A stretch of 62,477 nt of DNA, filler included, from Actinobacteria bacterium UBA7524 (GTDB taxonomy: Bacteria > Actinomycetota > Coriobacteriia > Anaerosomatales > UBA912), in assembly GCA_002478275.1 (NCBI GenBank). It is 7 parts of 7 records of this genome, joined end to end, with 100 filler letters (N's around TTAATTAATTAA, not from the genome) between each part and the next. Parts side by side here need not be neighbours in the genome. Positions count along the whole stretch, not along the records: positions 27,245 to 43,762 come from DLMY01000002.1; positions 43,863 to 49,192 come from DLMY01000037.1; positions 49,293 to 57,386 come from DLMY01000033.1; 4 more parts are not named here. The stretch is one strand, 5' to 3'. Shown here one piece after another: positions 39,826 through 50,406 of this stretch; positions within the stretch are counted from its first letter, which is position 1; the number at the start of each line of letters is the position of its first letter. Both the position numbers and the translations under genes were made by a program. Under the pieces are notes generated by a model. It worked only from the letters and a program-made list of their open reading frames with translations, was not told the origin of the DNA and ran no database searches.

Positions 39826-40101
39826 ATGACGGAGGATGATTCGATGGCGCGGACGAATGGGCCAGGGGAGTATCTCGCCAAGAACCCGATCGCGTACGTA
39901 CTCTCACTCTTCGGGGCCGGCACTGCGGTCGGAGCCTTCGCGTTCCGTGCAGCGGGGTCACGAGGCCCGAAGCGCCTCGGCTGGGTGCTGCTCTGCGCTC
40001 TCGAGATGGCGATCTTCCTCGGCATCATCGTCGTCACAGAAGGAGCGAACCCGCGCAACTCGAGGCGAAGATGGCACCGATCCAGTGGAGGCGATGAATG
40101 A
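39826..40101 (+). CDS. Small membrane protein
   Basis: Two hydrophobic segments; overlaps the next gene by 4 bp. Confidence 0.55.
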   Translation: MTEDDSMARTNGPGEYLAKNPIAYVLSLFGAGTAVGAFAFRAAGSRGPKRLGWVLLCALEMAIFLGIIVVTEGANPRNSRRRWHRSSGGDE

Positions 40102-41060
40102 GGGTGGCGAAGATAATCGGAGGGATTCTACTAGGTCTTCTGGTCCTGGTCATGGTCGGGATAGCGGCCTTGGCGCTCAATCATCGTTCTCAACTGCGCA
40201 AAGAAGCGGACGAGTATCCAGCGCCAGGCAGAATGGTCGAAGTCAACGGTCAGCAGCTCCACGTGTACGCCGAGGGCCAAGGGGAGCGCACCCTCGTCTT
40301 CATGGCGGGGCACGGGACCGCCAGTCCCACCATCGACTTCAAACCCCTGTGGATGCGAATGGTCGATGAGTACCGGATCGTCGTCATCGAGAAGACGGGC
40401 TACGGGTGGAGTGAGAGCTCCGGGTCCCCGAGAGATCTCGACACCATCTTGGAGGAAACGAGACAGGCCCTGGAGCTTGCTGGAGAGGAAGGCCCCTACG
40501 TCCTCGTACCCCATTCCATGTCGGGGTTGGAAGCGATCTACTGGGGGCAACGGTATCCCGAGGAAGTCGAGGCGATCATCGGACTGGATCCCTTGACGCC
40601 GAATGCGGCTGACCTACTCCCGGCTCCATCGAGAGTCCAACTTCAGGCGACGTATCTGATCTCCAGGCTTGGACTCTCACGGTTCATGCCTGAAGAGGAT
40701 TTCGCGGCGCTCTTCCCTCTCATGAGGTCGGAGGACCTTACAGAGAAGGACCGACGACAGTACCGGGCGGTGTTCTACAGGAGTGCTGTCACGAGACCGA
40801 TGCTCGGGGAGATCACGCACCTGGACAGTAACGCCCGGACAGCGGCGAGGTTCGAGCCCCCTGTCGGCATCCCCATGTACTTCTTCATCACGGATGGTCA
40901 GGAAGAGGAGGTGCCAGGGTGGGGGGAAGCGTTGACGGACTACCTCTCAGCGATCGGCGAGGCGAGGCATCTGCGATTGGATGCGGGCCACTACGTTCAC
41001 CATGACAGGGCGGATCTGATCGCCGAGGAGACCAAGACGCTCCTGAGGAGCGTCCCGTAG
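40098..41060 (+). CDS. Membrane-anchored alpha/beta hydrolase
   Basis: N-terminal TM; GYGWS, PHSMSG nucleophile elbow, AGHYVH. Confidence 0.9.
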   Translation: MRVAKIIGGILLGLLVLVMVGIAALALNHRSQLRKEADEYPAPGRMVEVNGQQLHVYAEGQGERTLVFMAGHGTASPTIDFKPLWMRMVDEYRIVVIEKTGYGWSESSGSPRDLDTILEETRQALELAGEEGPYVLVPHSMSGLEAIYWGQRYPEEVEAIIGLDPLTPNAADLLPAPSRVQLQATYLISRLGLSRFMPEEDFAALFPLMRSEDLTEKDRRQYRAVFYRSAVTRPMLGEITHLDSNARTAARFEPPVGIPMYFFITDGQEEEVPGWGEALTDYLSAIGEARHLRLDAGHYVHHDRADLIAEETKTLLRSVP

Positions 41061-41229
41061 ACTGTCAGGTCTGAGTGGATCGGAGGCATGCGTCAGGCGG
41101 AGATAGCGATAACCATGATGGCAGTAGTGCGTATCGACCGGGACTGCCATCGGCGCGGGACTGGTATTCGGGCGCAGCACCGGAGGCGGACCGAGGGCTG
41201 ACGATGACGGGCACCTCGCCGCCGGAGGC

Positions 41230-42066
41230 TTACTCTGCCGGCCGGGCCGGATGGCTTGCGGGACTGTCTCCGGGCGAGGCCACGGGAGACAGCAGTGCGA
41301 CAAGCGAGGCCACCGCACCGGCGAGCAGCACGAGCCACAGGGGGAGTAGCGGGTCTCCGCCCCACTCCGTGCCGAACAGCGGCAACGAGGCCGCCGAGAG
41401 CAGCGTCGAGTAGAGCACGCCCTTCACGAGTATGATCACCGCGATCACTCGTCCCCAGGGCCGCCGACGCCACACCCACACTGAGGCCAATCCGACCGGC
41501 GCCACCACGAAGGCGAGGTCGAGCGCTGCTATGAGCCGGAACGCCTCCTCGCCGATCCCCGGAACCTGATCTGCGAAGACGAAGCCCGCCCACTGCCCGA
41601 TCCAGGCGACACCGAGGACTAGCGCCCAGAACGCGAGATAGCCGGCTGCAAGTCGGTCGGTTCTCCTCGGCGGGAATGTCGTGACGACGCGGCTGATATC
41701 GAGTCCCACAAGACCGAAGATGAGCGCGAAGCCGGAGAGGGCGAACAGCGCGACGTAGAGCGGGAAGAACACGTTGAGCGCAGCGCCGAAGAGGTAGAAC
41801 GCGTAGTTGTAGAGGGCGAACTGCAGTGCGCCGAGCCATACGAGTGTTCCTCGAAGGGATTCGCGACGTGCAGCGATGAGGGCCGCGACAAGCGTCGGCA
41901 GGGCGAGCAAGAGCGTCACCGGGTCGTTGAGGCGCCAGGCGTCGAGCGCGAAGGTGTCGTCGCGGTACAGGCCCGGGGCGAACATGCCAGCGAGCGCCTG
42001 GACCGCCATCAGCACGGCGATGAGTATCGACAGGCGGTAGGCTGTCTTGAGGGCGTGGTTCTTCAT
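41230..42066 (-). CDS. Hypothetical polytopic membrane protein
   Basis: About 8 TM segments, LYNYAFY and LDL motifs. Confidence 0.75.
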   Translation of the reverse strand: MKNHALKTAYRLSILIAVLMAVQALAGMFAPGLYRDDTFALDAWRLNDPVTLLLALPTLVAALIAARRESLRGTLVWLGALQFALYNYAFYLFGAALNVFFPLYVALFALSGFALIFGLVGLDISRVVTTFPPRRTDRLAAGYLAFWALVLGVAWIGQWAGFVFADQVPGIGEEAFRLIAALDLAFVVAPVGLASVWVWRRRPWGRVIAVIILVKGVLYSTLLSAASLPLFGTEWGGDPLLPLWLVLLAGAVASLVALLSPVASPGDSPASHPARPAE

Positions 42067-42147
42067 CGTGAGCCTTCCAAGTCGTTTCGGCAGCGTTCGT
42101 TTCTTGGGTATCAACGTACCGTATGCGCACAGAATGGAGGTAGTGCG

Positions 42148-42597
42148 ATGTCGGTTGAAAGCCCGGGGTACGAAGTCGTACGGCGGGATGGCTCGCTTGA
42201 GATGCGCCGGTACCGCCCGTACCTCACCGCGAGCGTGACGACTCATGCGGTCGGCTACAACGAAGCGACGTACGCGGGATTCGGCCTGCTTGCCGACTAT
42301 ATCTTCGGCAACAATGCGGAGGCGGGTAGCATAGCGATGACTGCTCCCGTGACGGCGAGTCGCCCGCCAGGCGTGAAGATCTCGATGACCGCACCCGTGA
42401 CGTCGCAGCGTGCTCGCGACGAGCAGTTGGAGACGCCCCAACCCTCGTGTATCGTCGCGGTCGGCGAGCCCGAGGCTGCTCAGCACGACGCTCCGTGGAA
42501 GCCCGGCTTCGCGCGGCACAATGAGGTACTCATCGTGGTGCAAGAGCGCGCCGTGGAACACCTCGGAGACGCGGACCAAGGGATTGATGCAGAGTAG
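42148..42597 (+). pseudogene. SOUL heme-binding protein, internally deleted
   Basis: YEVV...EMRRY, GF..LADYIFGNN, IAMTAPV, then jumps to C-terminal GEP...PW.P.F.R.NEV. Confidence 0.65.
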
Positions 42598-42620
42598 CCG
42601 ATCGCAAGGAAGGGGCGGCA

Positions 42621-43524
42621 ATGACAGATCCGAACCAGAGGTTCAAGCGCCTGAGGATCTACAACGCAGTGATGGGTCTGTTTCACCTCGGGCAGGGTGC
42701 GGCAATCGTTGCCCTGGCTAAGCCGTATGCGATTCAGGTGACGGCTTCGTGGTTGAGTGTGCGGCCGGGCTCCGGAGTCTATAGCCCACCGCAGGAGTAC
42801 TTCCAGTTCGATCTCGGCATGGGAGTGGCGATCTTCCTGTTCTTCTCGGCGTTCGCGCACTTCATGATCGCTGGCCCTGCGTATGGGAGTTACGTGGCTG
42901 GTCTCAAGGAGCACCGCAACTACTTCCGCTGGGTCGAATACGCATTCAGTTCGTCGCTCATGGTCGTACTCATCGCATCGCTCGTCGGGATTCTCGACAT
43001 CGCGGCGCTCACCGCGATCTTCGGCGTCAACGCTTCGATGATCCTGTTCGGCTGGCTGGTAGAGAAGTACGAGCAGCCTGGCAGTACCGATTGGACTGCC
43101 TTCATTTTCGGCTGCATCGCCGGGATCTTCCCCTGGATCGCCATCGGCGCGTACCTGTGGGGACCCGGCTCAAGCGATCTGACACCCAGCTTCGTGTACT
43201 GGATCTTCGTCTCGATGTTCGTGTTCTTCAACAGNNNNNNNNNNNNNNNNNNNNNNNNNNNNNNNNNNNNNNNNNNNNNNNNNNNNNNNNNNNNNNNNNN
43301 NNNNNNNNNNNNNNNNNNNNNNNNNNNNNNNNNNNNNNNNNNNNNNNNNNNNNNNNNNNNNNNNNNNNNNNNNNNNNNNNNNNNNNNNNNNNNNNNNNNN
43401 NNNNNNNNNNNNNNNNNNNNNNNNNNNNNNNNNNNNNNNNNNNNNNNNNNNNNNNNNNNNNNNNNNNACCGCCAAGTCGCTGCTTGCGTGGCTCGTGTTT
43501 GCGAACGTGCTGATCCCAGACTGA
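42621..43524 (+). CDS. heR: Heliorhodopsin (gap in TM6-TM7)
   Basis: LRIYN..MG.FH..Q, SAFAH, N.FRWVEYAFSSSLM; after the gap TAKSLLAWLVFAN carries the retinal-binding Lys. Confidence 0.93.
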
Positions 43525-43678
43525 CCGGGAGCAGCCGGGTCTTATCAGGTACCCAAACTCGCGGGTATTGAGACCCGGCGAGTTGGGTATTCATACTCTA
43601 TGCGCATGACGGGTGACGCGTGCCACGGTCCATCCCGGCGGTTTGTCTGAGTCCACTCCACTGAAAGAGGTTGACGTC

Positions 43679-43762
43679 ATGAGTAGCGACACCATGGGTT
43701 CCTCGGCAGGTAGACACCCACGTGCAGGCGTTCGCGGCCCGTCGAACAAGGACTGGTGGCCC
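43679..43762 (+). CDS. katG: Catalase-peroxidase N-terminus (truncated by scaffold end)
   Basis: SNKDWWP motif typical of KatG N-termini; only 28 codons visible. Confidence 0.6.
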
Positions 43763-43873
43763 NNNNNNNNNNNNNNNNNNNNNNNNNNNNNNNNNNNNNN
43801 NNNNNNTTAATTAATTAANNNNNNNNNNNNNNNNNNNNNNNNNNNNNNNNNNNNNNNNNNNNCACGAGCGGGT

Positions 43874-43905
43874 CAATCCCAATCCCAATCCCAATCCCAA
43901 TCCCA
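43874..43905. repeat. Hexanucleotide microsatellite (CAATCC)x5
   Basis: Directly visible, about 30 bp upstream of a membrane protein ORF. Confidence 0.85.
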
Positions 43906-43938
43906 GATGATACGTGTGTACAACCTGGACTTCCTGTG

Positions 43939-44445
43939 ATGGGAGAAGCTGTGGGGGGTTCGTTGAGAAGGCCAATCGTGCTTGGACTCGTGTTCCTTTG
44001 GATTGCGCACAACCTGGCGAACGTGGCGTTGTTCTCGGAGGTCATGGCGTATCCGGTGTCCAGTGGGCAGAAGACGCTGCTGGTGGCGCTGCGTGTTGCG
44101 CTCCCATTTGGAAGCGTAGGGATTGGCTATGCTGCGCTCGTTACTATCCCGCTCGTGTACATGGGCTTGGTGAAGCTCCTTGCCCACCAGGCCACATTGC
44201 GTCTTGGGTGGCTCAGCATGTTGCCAGTCATGTTCCTGTCGGCCGTATCGGCCGTGGCCGCACCTGCAACAGGCATGATTGGCGTGTGGACGCAGCCGAT
44301 GTCTGCGCAGCTTGACCTGTTGCTGGAGGCAGCCGTCGGCGCATTCCTTCTGACCGCAGTGCTGTACGCTCTTGCGAACGTCCTGACGCAGCTCGCAGTG
44401 TTCGTCTACCGGAGGATGGCAGAGTCACCAGAGAAGCCGGCGTGA
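43939..44445 (+). CDS. Hypothetical membrane protein
   Basis: Four hydrophobic segments. Confidence 0.55.
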   Translation: MGEAVGGSLRRPIVLGLVFLWIAHNLANVALFSEVMAYPVSSGQKTLLVALRVALPFGSVGIGYAALVTIPLVYMGLVKLLAHQATLRLGWLSMLPVMFLSAVSAVAAPATGMIGVWTQPMSAQLDLLLEAAVGAFLLTAVLYALANVLTQLAVFVYRRMAESPEKPA

Positions 44446-44846
44446 CTGAGGCTATGCACCAGATTGTCGGACCGTAACGCCCCTGCGACCGGCTTGAGGC
44501 CACCACCGACGCGCTCGGGCACACGTGGTCCTTCACCCACGACGCGGCCGGAAACACGCTATCCTCGTCCTATCCGACGGGGGAGACCGTGAGCCGCACC
44601 TACACCGCAGACGAGCCGTGTGGCCTTGACTGACACTCTGGTCGGGATGAGCGAGTACCGGAGTTGGGCAGACCTCAGTTCTGCGCGGTCCCTACTGACT
44701 GACCGGCAGATCGAATCCCATTCACCCGGGAGTGTGCGAACAGTACAATCGAGGCGCCGCCGGGGGAGCGGTCGGCCACGCAGGCGGATCGACGCTAGTC
44801 CCGGTAGCCGTAGCCCAGCCCGTCGGAGACGGATGGAGTCACCCGG

Positions 44847-46388
44847 ATGACCGCGAGGATCCGCGTGTTCGTCAGTTCTGTGCAGAATGAACTCGAGGAC
44901 GAACGCCTCATCGTTCAGAACCTGGTCAACACTGATCCCTTCTTGTCGGCGCACTGCACGCCGGTGCTCTACGAGTTTGAACCCGCGTCTCCCGCCAAGG
45001 CGCTGGAGGACTGCCTCGACTGCCTGGATGGGTGCCACATTTACCTGGTCATCGTGGGCGCCCAGCAGGGGACGAGTGTGGGCGACCTGACGATCACCCA
45101 TGCGGAATATCGACGCTCGAAGGAGCAGGGTCTGCCCGTAATCGCGTTCATCAAGGGCGACAGGAGCGTAGTGCGCGAGAAGGGGGCGCAGGCGCTTCTC
45201 GACGAGATAGCCTCAGACGGGTTCAAGTACAAGCGGTTCGGCAACGTCATCGAACTCCAAAGAGAGGTGCGGTCTTCGCTCGTCAAGCTCCTGCAGGACC
45301 GCTTCGGCATCGCGCCGACGAGCGATGAGAACGAGATCGCGGACCAGACGATTGCGGCCACCTCGCCCTTTGAGTCCCAGGCCCTCGATCGCGTCAGGTG
45401 GGCCGACCTCGACTCGGCAGTGGCGCGAAGCCTGATTGCGGCAGCCGAGGGGCGCGACCCTGACGACATCTCAGAAGATGATCTTCTGTCAGGCGCCGTG
45501 CTGCGCGGGTTGGTGTGGCGTGAGAGCGCCTCCGGGGGGTACCTCGCTACGGCGGCGGGCGTACTCTTGCTCGCCAGGGACCCTTCGGCGGTGTTCCCAC
45601 AGTGCCGGATTCTGGCGGATGCCTACAGGGGGACCGAGCCCGACAGCGAGCCCCGTGACCATGAGGACATACGCGAACCGATCCCGCGAGCGATCGAGCG
45701 GGCAATCGCATTCGTGGATCGGAGCACCCGTCATCCCATGCGGGTTGTCGGACTGAACCGTGTGAGACTCGATGAATACCCGGTGGAGGCTCTGCGCGAA
45801 GCGCTCGTGAACGCGATGGCTCATCGGCAGTATGAAGATGCCGGCCGCAAGATCCTCCTCGAGGTGTTCGCAGACAGGGTGGTCGTCTCGAGCCCCGGTC
45901 TTCCTCCCGCTCCGATCACGCTCTCAAATCTCCGCAAGGGCAAGTACCGGCCCTGTTCGCGCAATCCCGTTGTGGCGCAGTGCCTGTCGTACTTCCAGCG
46001 GATAGAAGAGCGTGGCAGTGGATTCCGACGCATGCGCGACCAGATGGTGGATCACGGCTTGGAGGCTCCGGTTCTGGGAACGGACACGGGCTACTTCCAG
46101 GTCACGTTCATGGGACCTGGCGAAGACATCGAACGCCTTCGCGTTCCGGAGAGACTCCTCGGGCTATCGCCCGGCGTCGAGGCACTGCTCAGTCAGCGTC
46201 AGAGGACCATCCTCCGTCATGCCCTCGAAGAGGGAGAGGTGACGACCAGATGGTGCATGGAGGCACTCTCTGTCGTCCGAGACACCGCCTACAGCGATCT
46301 CACAGGGCTTGTTGAGCTTGACTTGCTGGAACGCAAGGGCGCCGGGCGGTCGACGCGCTACGTTCCCAAGGAAGTCCGTTCGGAGTGA
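44847..46388 (+). CDS. DUF4062 + HATPase_c_4 (RecG C-terminal-like) + wHTH protein
   Basis: RVFVSSVQ.EL..ER, ITHAEY; EYPVEALREALVNAMAHR.Y, SPG, RNP, IEERGSG; C-terminal HTH. Confidence 0.8.
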   Translation: MTARIRVFVSSVQNELEDERLIVQNLVNTDPFLSAHCTPVLYEFEPASPAKALEDCLDCLDGCHIYLVIVGAQQGTSVGDLTITHAEYRRSKEQGLPVIAFIKGDRSVVREKGAQALLDEIASDGFKYKRFGNVIELQREVRSSLVKLLQDRFGIAPTSDENEIADQTIAATSPFESQALDRVRWADLDSAVARSLIAAAEGRDPDDISEDDLLSGAVLRGLVWRESASGGYLATAAGVLLLARDPSAVFPQCRILADAYRGTEPDSEPRDHEDIREPIPRAIERAIAFVDRSTRHPMRVVGLNRVRLDEYPVEALREALVNAMAHRQYEDAGRKILLEVFADRVVVSSPGLPPAPITLSNLRKGKYRPCSRNPVVAQCLSYFQRIEERGSGFRRMRDQMVDHGLEAPVLGTDTGYFQVTFMGPGEDIERLRVPERLLGLSPGVEALLSQRQRTILRHALEEGEVTTRWCMEALSVVRDTAYSDLTGLVELDLLERKGAGRSTRYVPKEVRSE

Positions 46389-46903
46389 ATCATCCGACAA
46401 TCATCCGGACAGTCCGCCCAATCATCCGATTCGACGCCTCAGAGCCGAGTCCCGCACGCCCGGCCCACTCGGCGCCACCACGAGCTACACCTANNNNNNN
46501 NNNNNNNNNNNNNNNNNNNNNNNNNNNNNNNNNNNNNNNNNNNNNNNNNNNNNNNNNNNNNNNNNNNNNNNNNNNNNNNNNNNNNNNNNNNNNNNNNNNN
46601 NNNNNNNNNNNNNNNNNNNNNNNNNNNNNNNNNNNNNNNNNNNNNNNNNNNNNNNNNNNNNNNNNNNNNNNNNNNNNNNNNNNNNNNNNNNNNNNNNNNN
46701 NNNNNNNNNNNNNNNNNNNNNNNNNNNNNNNNNNNNNNNNNNNNGTACTCCACCGGCGAGTCCTACAGGCAGGCGGGGCCGGCGAGGGCCTGAGTACTCG
46801 CCAGTCACCCGCCTATTGGTGGGGAAGTTGTCGTTGTGAGCTTATGTGGCGGAGACGATGACAATTTGATAGATTGTCGTTGTTACCTTTCTGAGGGGGT
46901 ACG

Positions 46904-47935
46904 ATGACAAATGCACCTGCTGGCCGAGCGCCTCGGGGGCGGCCCTCCCGGAACGCGGTGTATCAGCGATTTGCCACCGCCATCGATGAGCTCGGCAAGT
47001 ACGGCGGGCTTCCCACCCCGGTTGAGTCCAGACAGCTGTGGGATGACGTGTGGCACCTCGAAGCCCACCACTCCACGGCGATCGAGGGAAACACGCTCGT
47101 GCTGCGCGAGGTCGAGCAGCTCTTGGAGCAGGGTCGAGCAGTCGGGTCAAAGGAGCTCAAGGACTACATGGAGGTCCTTGGTTACGCGGAGGCTGCGCGC
47201 TGGGTCTACGAGCAAGGCGTCGACCCGGACGAGCATGTGCACGACGGCCTCCTCACCGTCACCGAAGTGCGCAGCATCCATACGCTTGCGATGGCGAAAG
47301 TGTGGGAAGTCGCGCCGCACCCGAGCGCGTACCCCGACGAGGCGCCGGGCAGCTTCCGGCAGCACGATGTCCGACCGTTTCCCGGGGGAATGACGCCGCC
47401 AACGCACCCGCTCGTCCCGGCGGGTGTCGCTTCCTGGGTGGAGCAGGTGAATCAGTTCGGCGGCGCGCTTGCTGACGGAAGCCTCGGCGTCATCGAGGTC
47501 CCGGAGGCTCTCGCGCGCATCCATGCCGACTTCGAGCGGCTGCACCCGTTCATCGACGGCAACGGGCGCACCGGGCGGCTATTGCTCAACCTCATCCTGA
47601 CCCGCCTTGGCTGGCCGCCGATCGTGATCTTCAAGGAGCAGCGGCGGCGCTACATAAGGGCACTCGATCGCGCTGACCACGATGACCTCGGCCCGCTCGC
47701 GGAGCTCCTCGCCCGCTCGGTCATCGACAACCTCCATCGGCTGATCCCCAACATCGCCGGCCCCGCGAAGTACGTACCGCTCGAGGCGCTTGCCGACGAG
47801 GAGTTCAGTCTGGCCGCACTCAAGCAGGCGGCCGGACGCGGTCGGCTCGAGGCGATCATCGGCACTGACGGGCGGTATCGATCCAGTCGCGCTGCCCTTG
47901 AGGCATACCGAGCGTCCAAGTACTCACGAGGCTGA
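46904..47935 (+). CDS. Class II Fic family protein
   Basis: HPFIDGNGRTGR catalytic motif and STAIEGN inhibitory motif. Confidence 0.93.
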   Translation: MTNAPAGRAPRGRPSRNAVYQRFATAIDELGKYGGLPTPVESRQLWDDVWHLEAHHSTAIEGNTLVLREVEQLLEQGRAVGSKELKDYMEVLGYAEAARWVYEQGVDPDEHVHDGLLTVTEVRSIHTLAMAKVWEVAPHPSAYPDEAPGSFRQHDVRPFPGGMTPPTHPLVPAGVASWVEQVNQFGGALADGSLGVIEVPEALARIHADFERLHPFIDGNGRTGRLLLNLILTRLGWPPIVIFKEQRRRYIRALDRADHDDLGPLAELLARSVIDNLHRLIPNIAGPAKYVPLEALADEEFSLAALKQAAGRGRLEAIIGTDGRYRSSRAALEAYRASKYSRG

Positions 47936-48013
47936 AGCGCTCACCGGGTCTCAGTCCGCAACGCTTGCACGTCATAGCGTCACAACGTTATGATGCTCTC
48001 GGGGTGATCGCTG

Positions 48014-48244
48014 ATGTCCGCACCACGCCGTTCCACCATCTACCTTGAGCCGGAGCTCCACCAGGCGCTGCGCCTCAAGGCCGCCGTGACCGATCGCTCG
48101 GTCTCCGACCTCGTGAACGAGGCCGTGCGTGCCGCGCTTGCAGAAGACGAGGAGGACCTCCGGGCGTTTACCGAGCGCGCCGACGAGCCGTTGGTCGCGT
48201 ACGAAGACGCGCTCGAGTACCTGAAGCGCGATGGCAAGCTATAG
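48014..48244 (+). CDS. CopG/RHH antitoxin
   Basis: RSTIYL...LHQALRLKAA...RSVSDLVNEAVR; overlaps toxin. Confidence 0.85.
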   Translation: MSAPRRSTIYLEPELHQALRLKAAVTDRSVSDLVNEAVRAALAEDEEDLRAFTERADEPLVAYEDALEYLKRDGKL

Positions 48245-48491
48245 AGTCCTGCTCAAGCGGTCCGTCCTGAAGGACCTCGAGCCGCTTCCCGCGCGGGACC
48301 GCGTGCGCGTCATGGAGCGCATTGGCGCACTCGCGGACGATCCGCGGCCACGCGGGTGCGAGAAGCTCTCCGCGCTTGAGCGGTACCGCCTCCGCGTCGG
48401 CGACTACCGCATCGTCTACGCGATCGAAGACGCCGAACTCGTGGCCTGGGTCGTCCGGGTCGGCCATCGGCGGGACGTTTATCGCGGGTAG
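48231..48491 (+). CDS. RelE/ParE family toxin
   Basis: LADDPRPRGCEKL...YRLRVGDYRIVY...VGHRRDVYR. Confidence 0.92.
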   Translation: MASYRVLLKRSVLKDLEPLPARDRVRVMERIGALADDPRPRGCEKLSALERYRLRVGDYRIVYAIEDAELVAWVVRVGHRRDVYRG

Positions 48492-48592
48492 TGGTCATTG
48501 GGCGGCTGCGCCTCGCGCTCTTCGGGGCGGTACGAATGATGGCGGCTGAGCATGACCATGAGAAATCAAGGAGAGACTTTAGTATTTCATGG

Positions 48593-49066
48593 TATTTGCT
48601 CACGGACGCGCAGGTGGTGAGGCAGCTTCAGCCGTATCACGCCAATCTCAAGAAACGCCAGGTGAAGTCCCCGAAGGTGTATGTGCGCGACAGCGGGATC
48701 CTCCACGAACTGCTTGGCATCGGCTCCGAGAAGAGTCTTTTCGAGCATCCCAAGGTCGGCGCTTCATGGGAGGGCTTCGTTGTGGAGCAGGTGTTGGCAA
48801 CCGTACCCCACGAACGCGCCTGGTTCTGGTCGACGCACCAGGGAGCTGAGGTAGACCTGGTCTTGGAGCGAGACGCCCAGATCCATGGAATCGAGATCAA
48901 GCGGACAGACGCGCCCAAGATCACACCCTCGATTCGGACGGCAATCGCCGACCTCGGACTCGCGAGCGTCGCAATCGTGTACCCGGGCGAGAAGCGCTAC
49001 TCGCTGGCGGAGCACGTGGAGGCGGTTCCGCTCTCCGCCCTCGCGTCTACGCACGCCATCGAGTGA
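48593..49066 (+). pseudogene. C-terminal DUF4143 fragment of an AAA-family ATP-binding protein
   Basis: KRQVKSPKVYVRDSG, GASWEGF, GAEVDL, EIK; N-terminal ATPase absent. Confidence 0.7.
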
Positions 49067-49509
49067 GCGGCACCCCGCTCGAGCGGTTCTTGCTGGACGC
49101 CGCCTGGCCGTCGCGGGTACTCTCGACGTGACATCTGGCCGAGGGGAGCCGTCATGCTGCTGGGCATCAGCATCACCCGTGACATCATCGTCNNNNNNNN
49201 NNNNNNNNNNNNNNNNNNNNNNNNNNNNNNNNNNNNTTAATTAATTAANNNNNNNNNNNNNNNNNNNNNNNNNNNNNNNNNNNNNNNNNNNNACCGCGAT
49301 AGAGCGATTCGGCTTTGTGCGAGGCGGATGGTTGGCGCTGCGCCGGATCGGACGATGCCACCCATGGAGCCCCGGAGGTCACGACCCGGTCCCGCCGAGG
49401 CAAGAGCGGTAGTATAGTGTGTACACTGCACACGACCCCCCGAGGCGATTCGGGAGTGGAGGGCCTCAAGACACCATGATCCGTGCCAAACCAAGGAGGT
49501 TGGCGTTCC

Positions 49510-50406
49510 GTGCTCGCACCGATTGAGAGAATCTTGTTCGACGTGCTTCAGGCGCTGTTCAGTGTCGTGGGTGACTATGGNNNNNNNNNNNNNNNNNNNN
49601 NNNNNNNNNNNNNNNNNNNNNNNNNNNNNNNNNNNNNNNNNNNNNNNNNNNNNNNNNNNNNNNNNNNNNNNNNNNNNNNNNNNNNNNNNNNNNNNNNNNN
49701 NNNNNNNNNNNNNNNNNNNNNNNNNNNNNNNNNNNNNNNNNNNNNNNNNNNNNNNNNNNNNNNNNNNNNNNNNNNNNNNNNNNNNNNNNNNNNNNNNNNN
49801 NNNNNNNNNNNNNNNNNNNNNACGCGGTCGATGTACGAGCTGCAGCGGATCCAACCGAAGATCAAGGAGCTGCAGGACAAGTACAAGAACGACAAGGAGA
49901 AGCTGCAGGAAGAGACGCTGAAGTTCTATCAGGAGAACAAGGTGAATCCCTTCGGCGGCTGCCTCCCCCTCCTGCTCCAGATGCCCATCTTCTTCGCGTT
50001 GTTCCGGATGCTGGGGACGACCGGAACGCACCCGGGGCTTTTTCCGCAGTACATCGAATCACTGCCCGAGGCGGCCGCGCAAGCGGCTTCCAGATTCTGG
50101 ATTGTGCTGCCAGATATTACCATGTCTGCCAGTCAGGTGTACTCGACCAGTGGGCTGGTATCGGCGCTTCCGTACATCGTGTTCGTCGTCCTGTTCGGGT
50201 TGAGCACCCTGATCCCGCAGCTCATGCAGCCAGGCGCTCAGGCCCAACAGCGCCAGATGGGGATCCTGATGGGTGGCATGATGCTGTTCTTCGGGTGGAG
50301 TGTCTCGGCCGGTGTCGTCCTGTATTGGGTGACTCAAGGGCTGTTGGGTGTGGTGCAACAGGTTGTTCAGACACGAATCTACAAGGCGCAAGAGGAGCAC
50401 GCATGA
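49510..50406 (+). CDS. yidC: Membrane protein insertase YidC (gapped)
   Basis: QPKIKELQ.KYK, NPFGGCLPLLLQMPIF, LYWV. Confidence 0.93.
   Translation: MLAPIERILFDVLQALFSVVGDYXXXXXXXXXXXXXXXXXXXXXXXXXXXXXXXXXXXXXXXXXXXXXXXXXXXXXXXXXXXXXXXXXXXXXXXXXXXXXXXXXTRSMYELQRIQPKIKELQDKYKNDKEKLQEETLKFYQENKVNPFGGCLPLLLQMPIFFALFRMLGTTGTHPGLFPQYIESLPEAAAQAASRFWIVLPDITMSASQVYSTSGLVSALPYIVFVVLFGLSTLIPQLMQPGAQAQQRQMGILMGGMMLFFGWSVSAGVVLYWVTQGLLGVVQQVVQTRIYKAQEEHA

Noticed and set aside
46389..46430. Three AATCATCCG repeats after the DUF4062 gene
   Set aside because: Too short and irregular to assign a function; not CRISPR-like.
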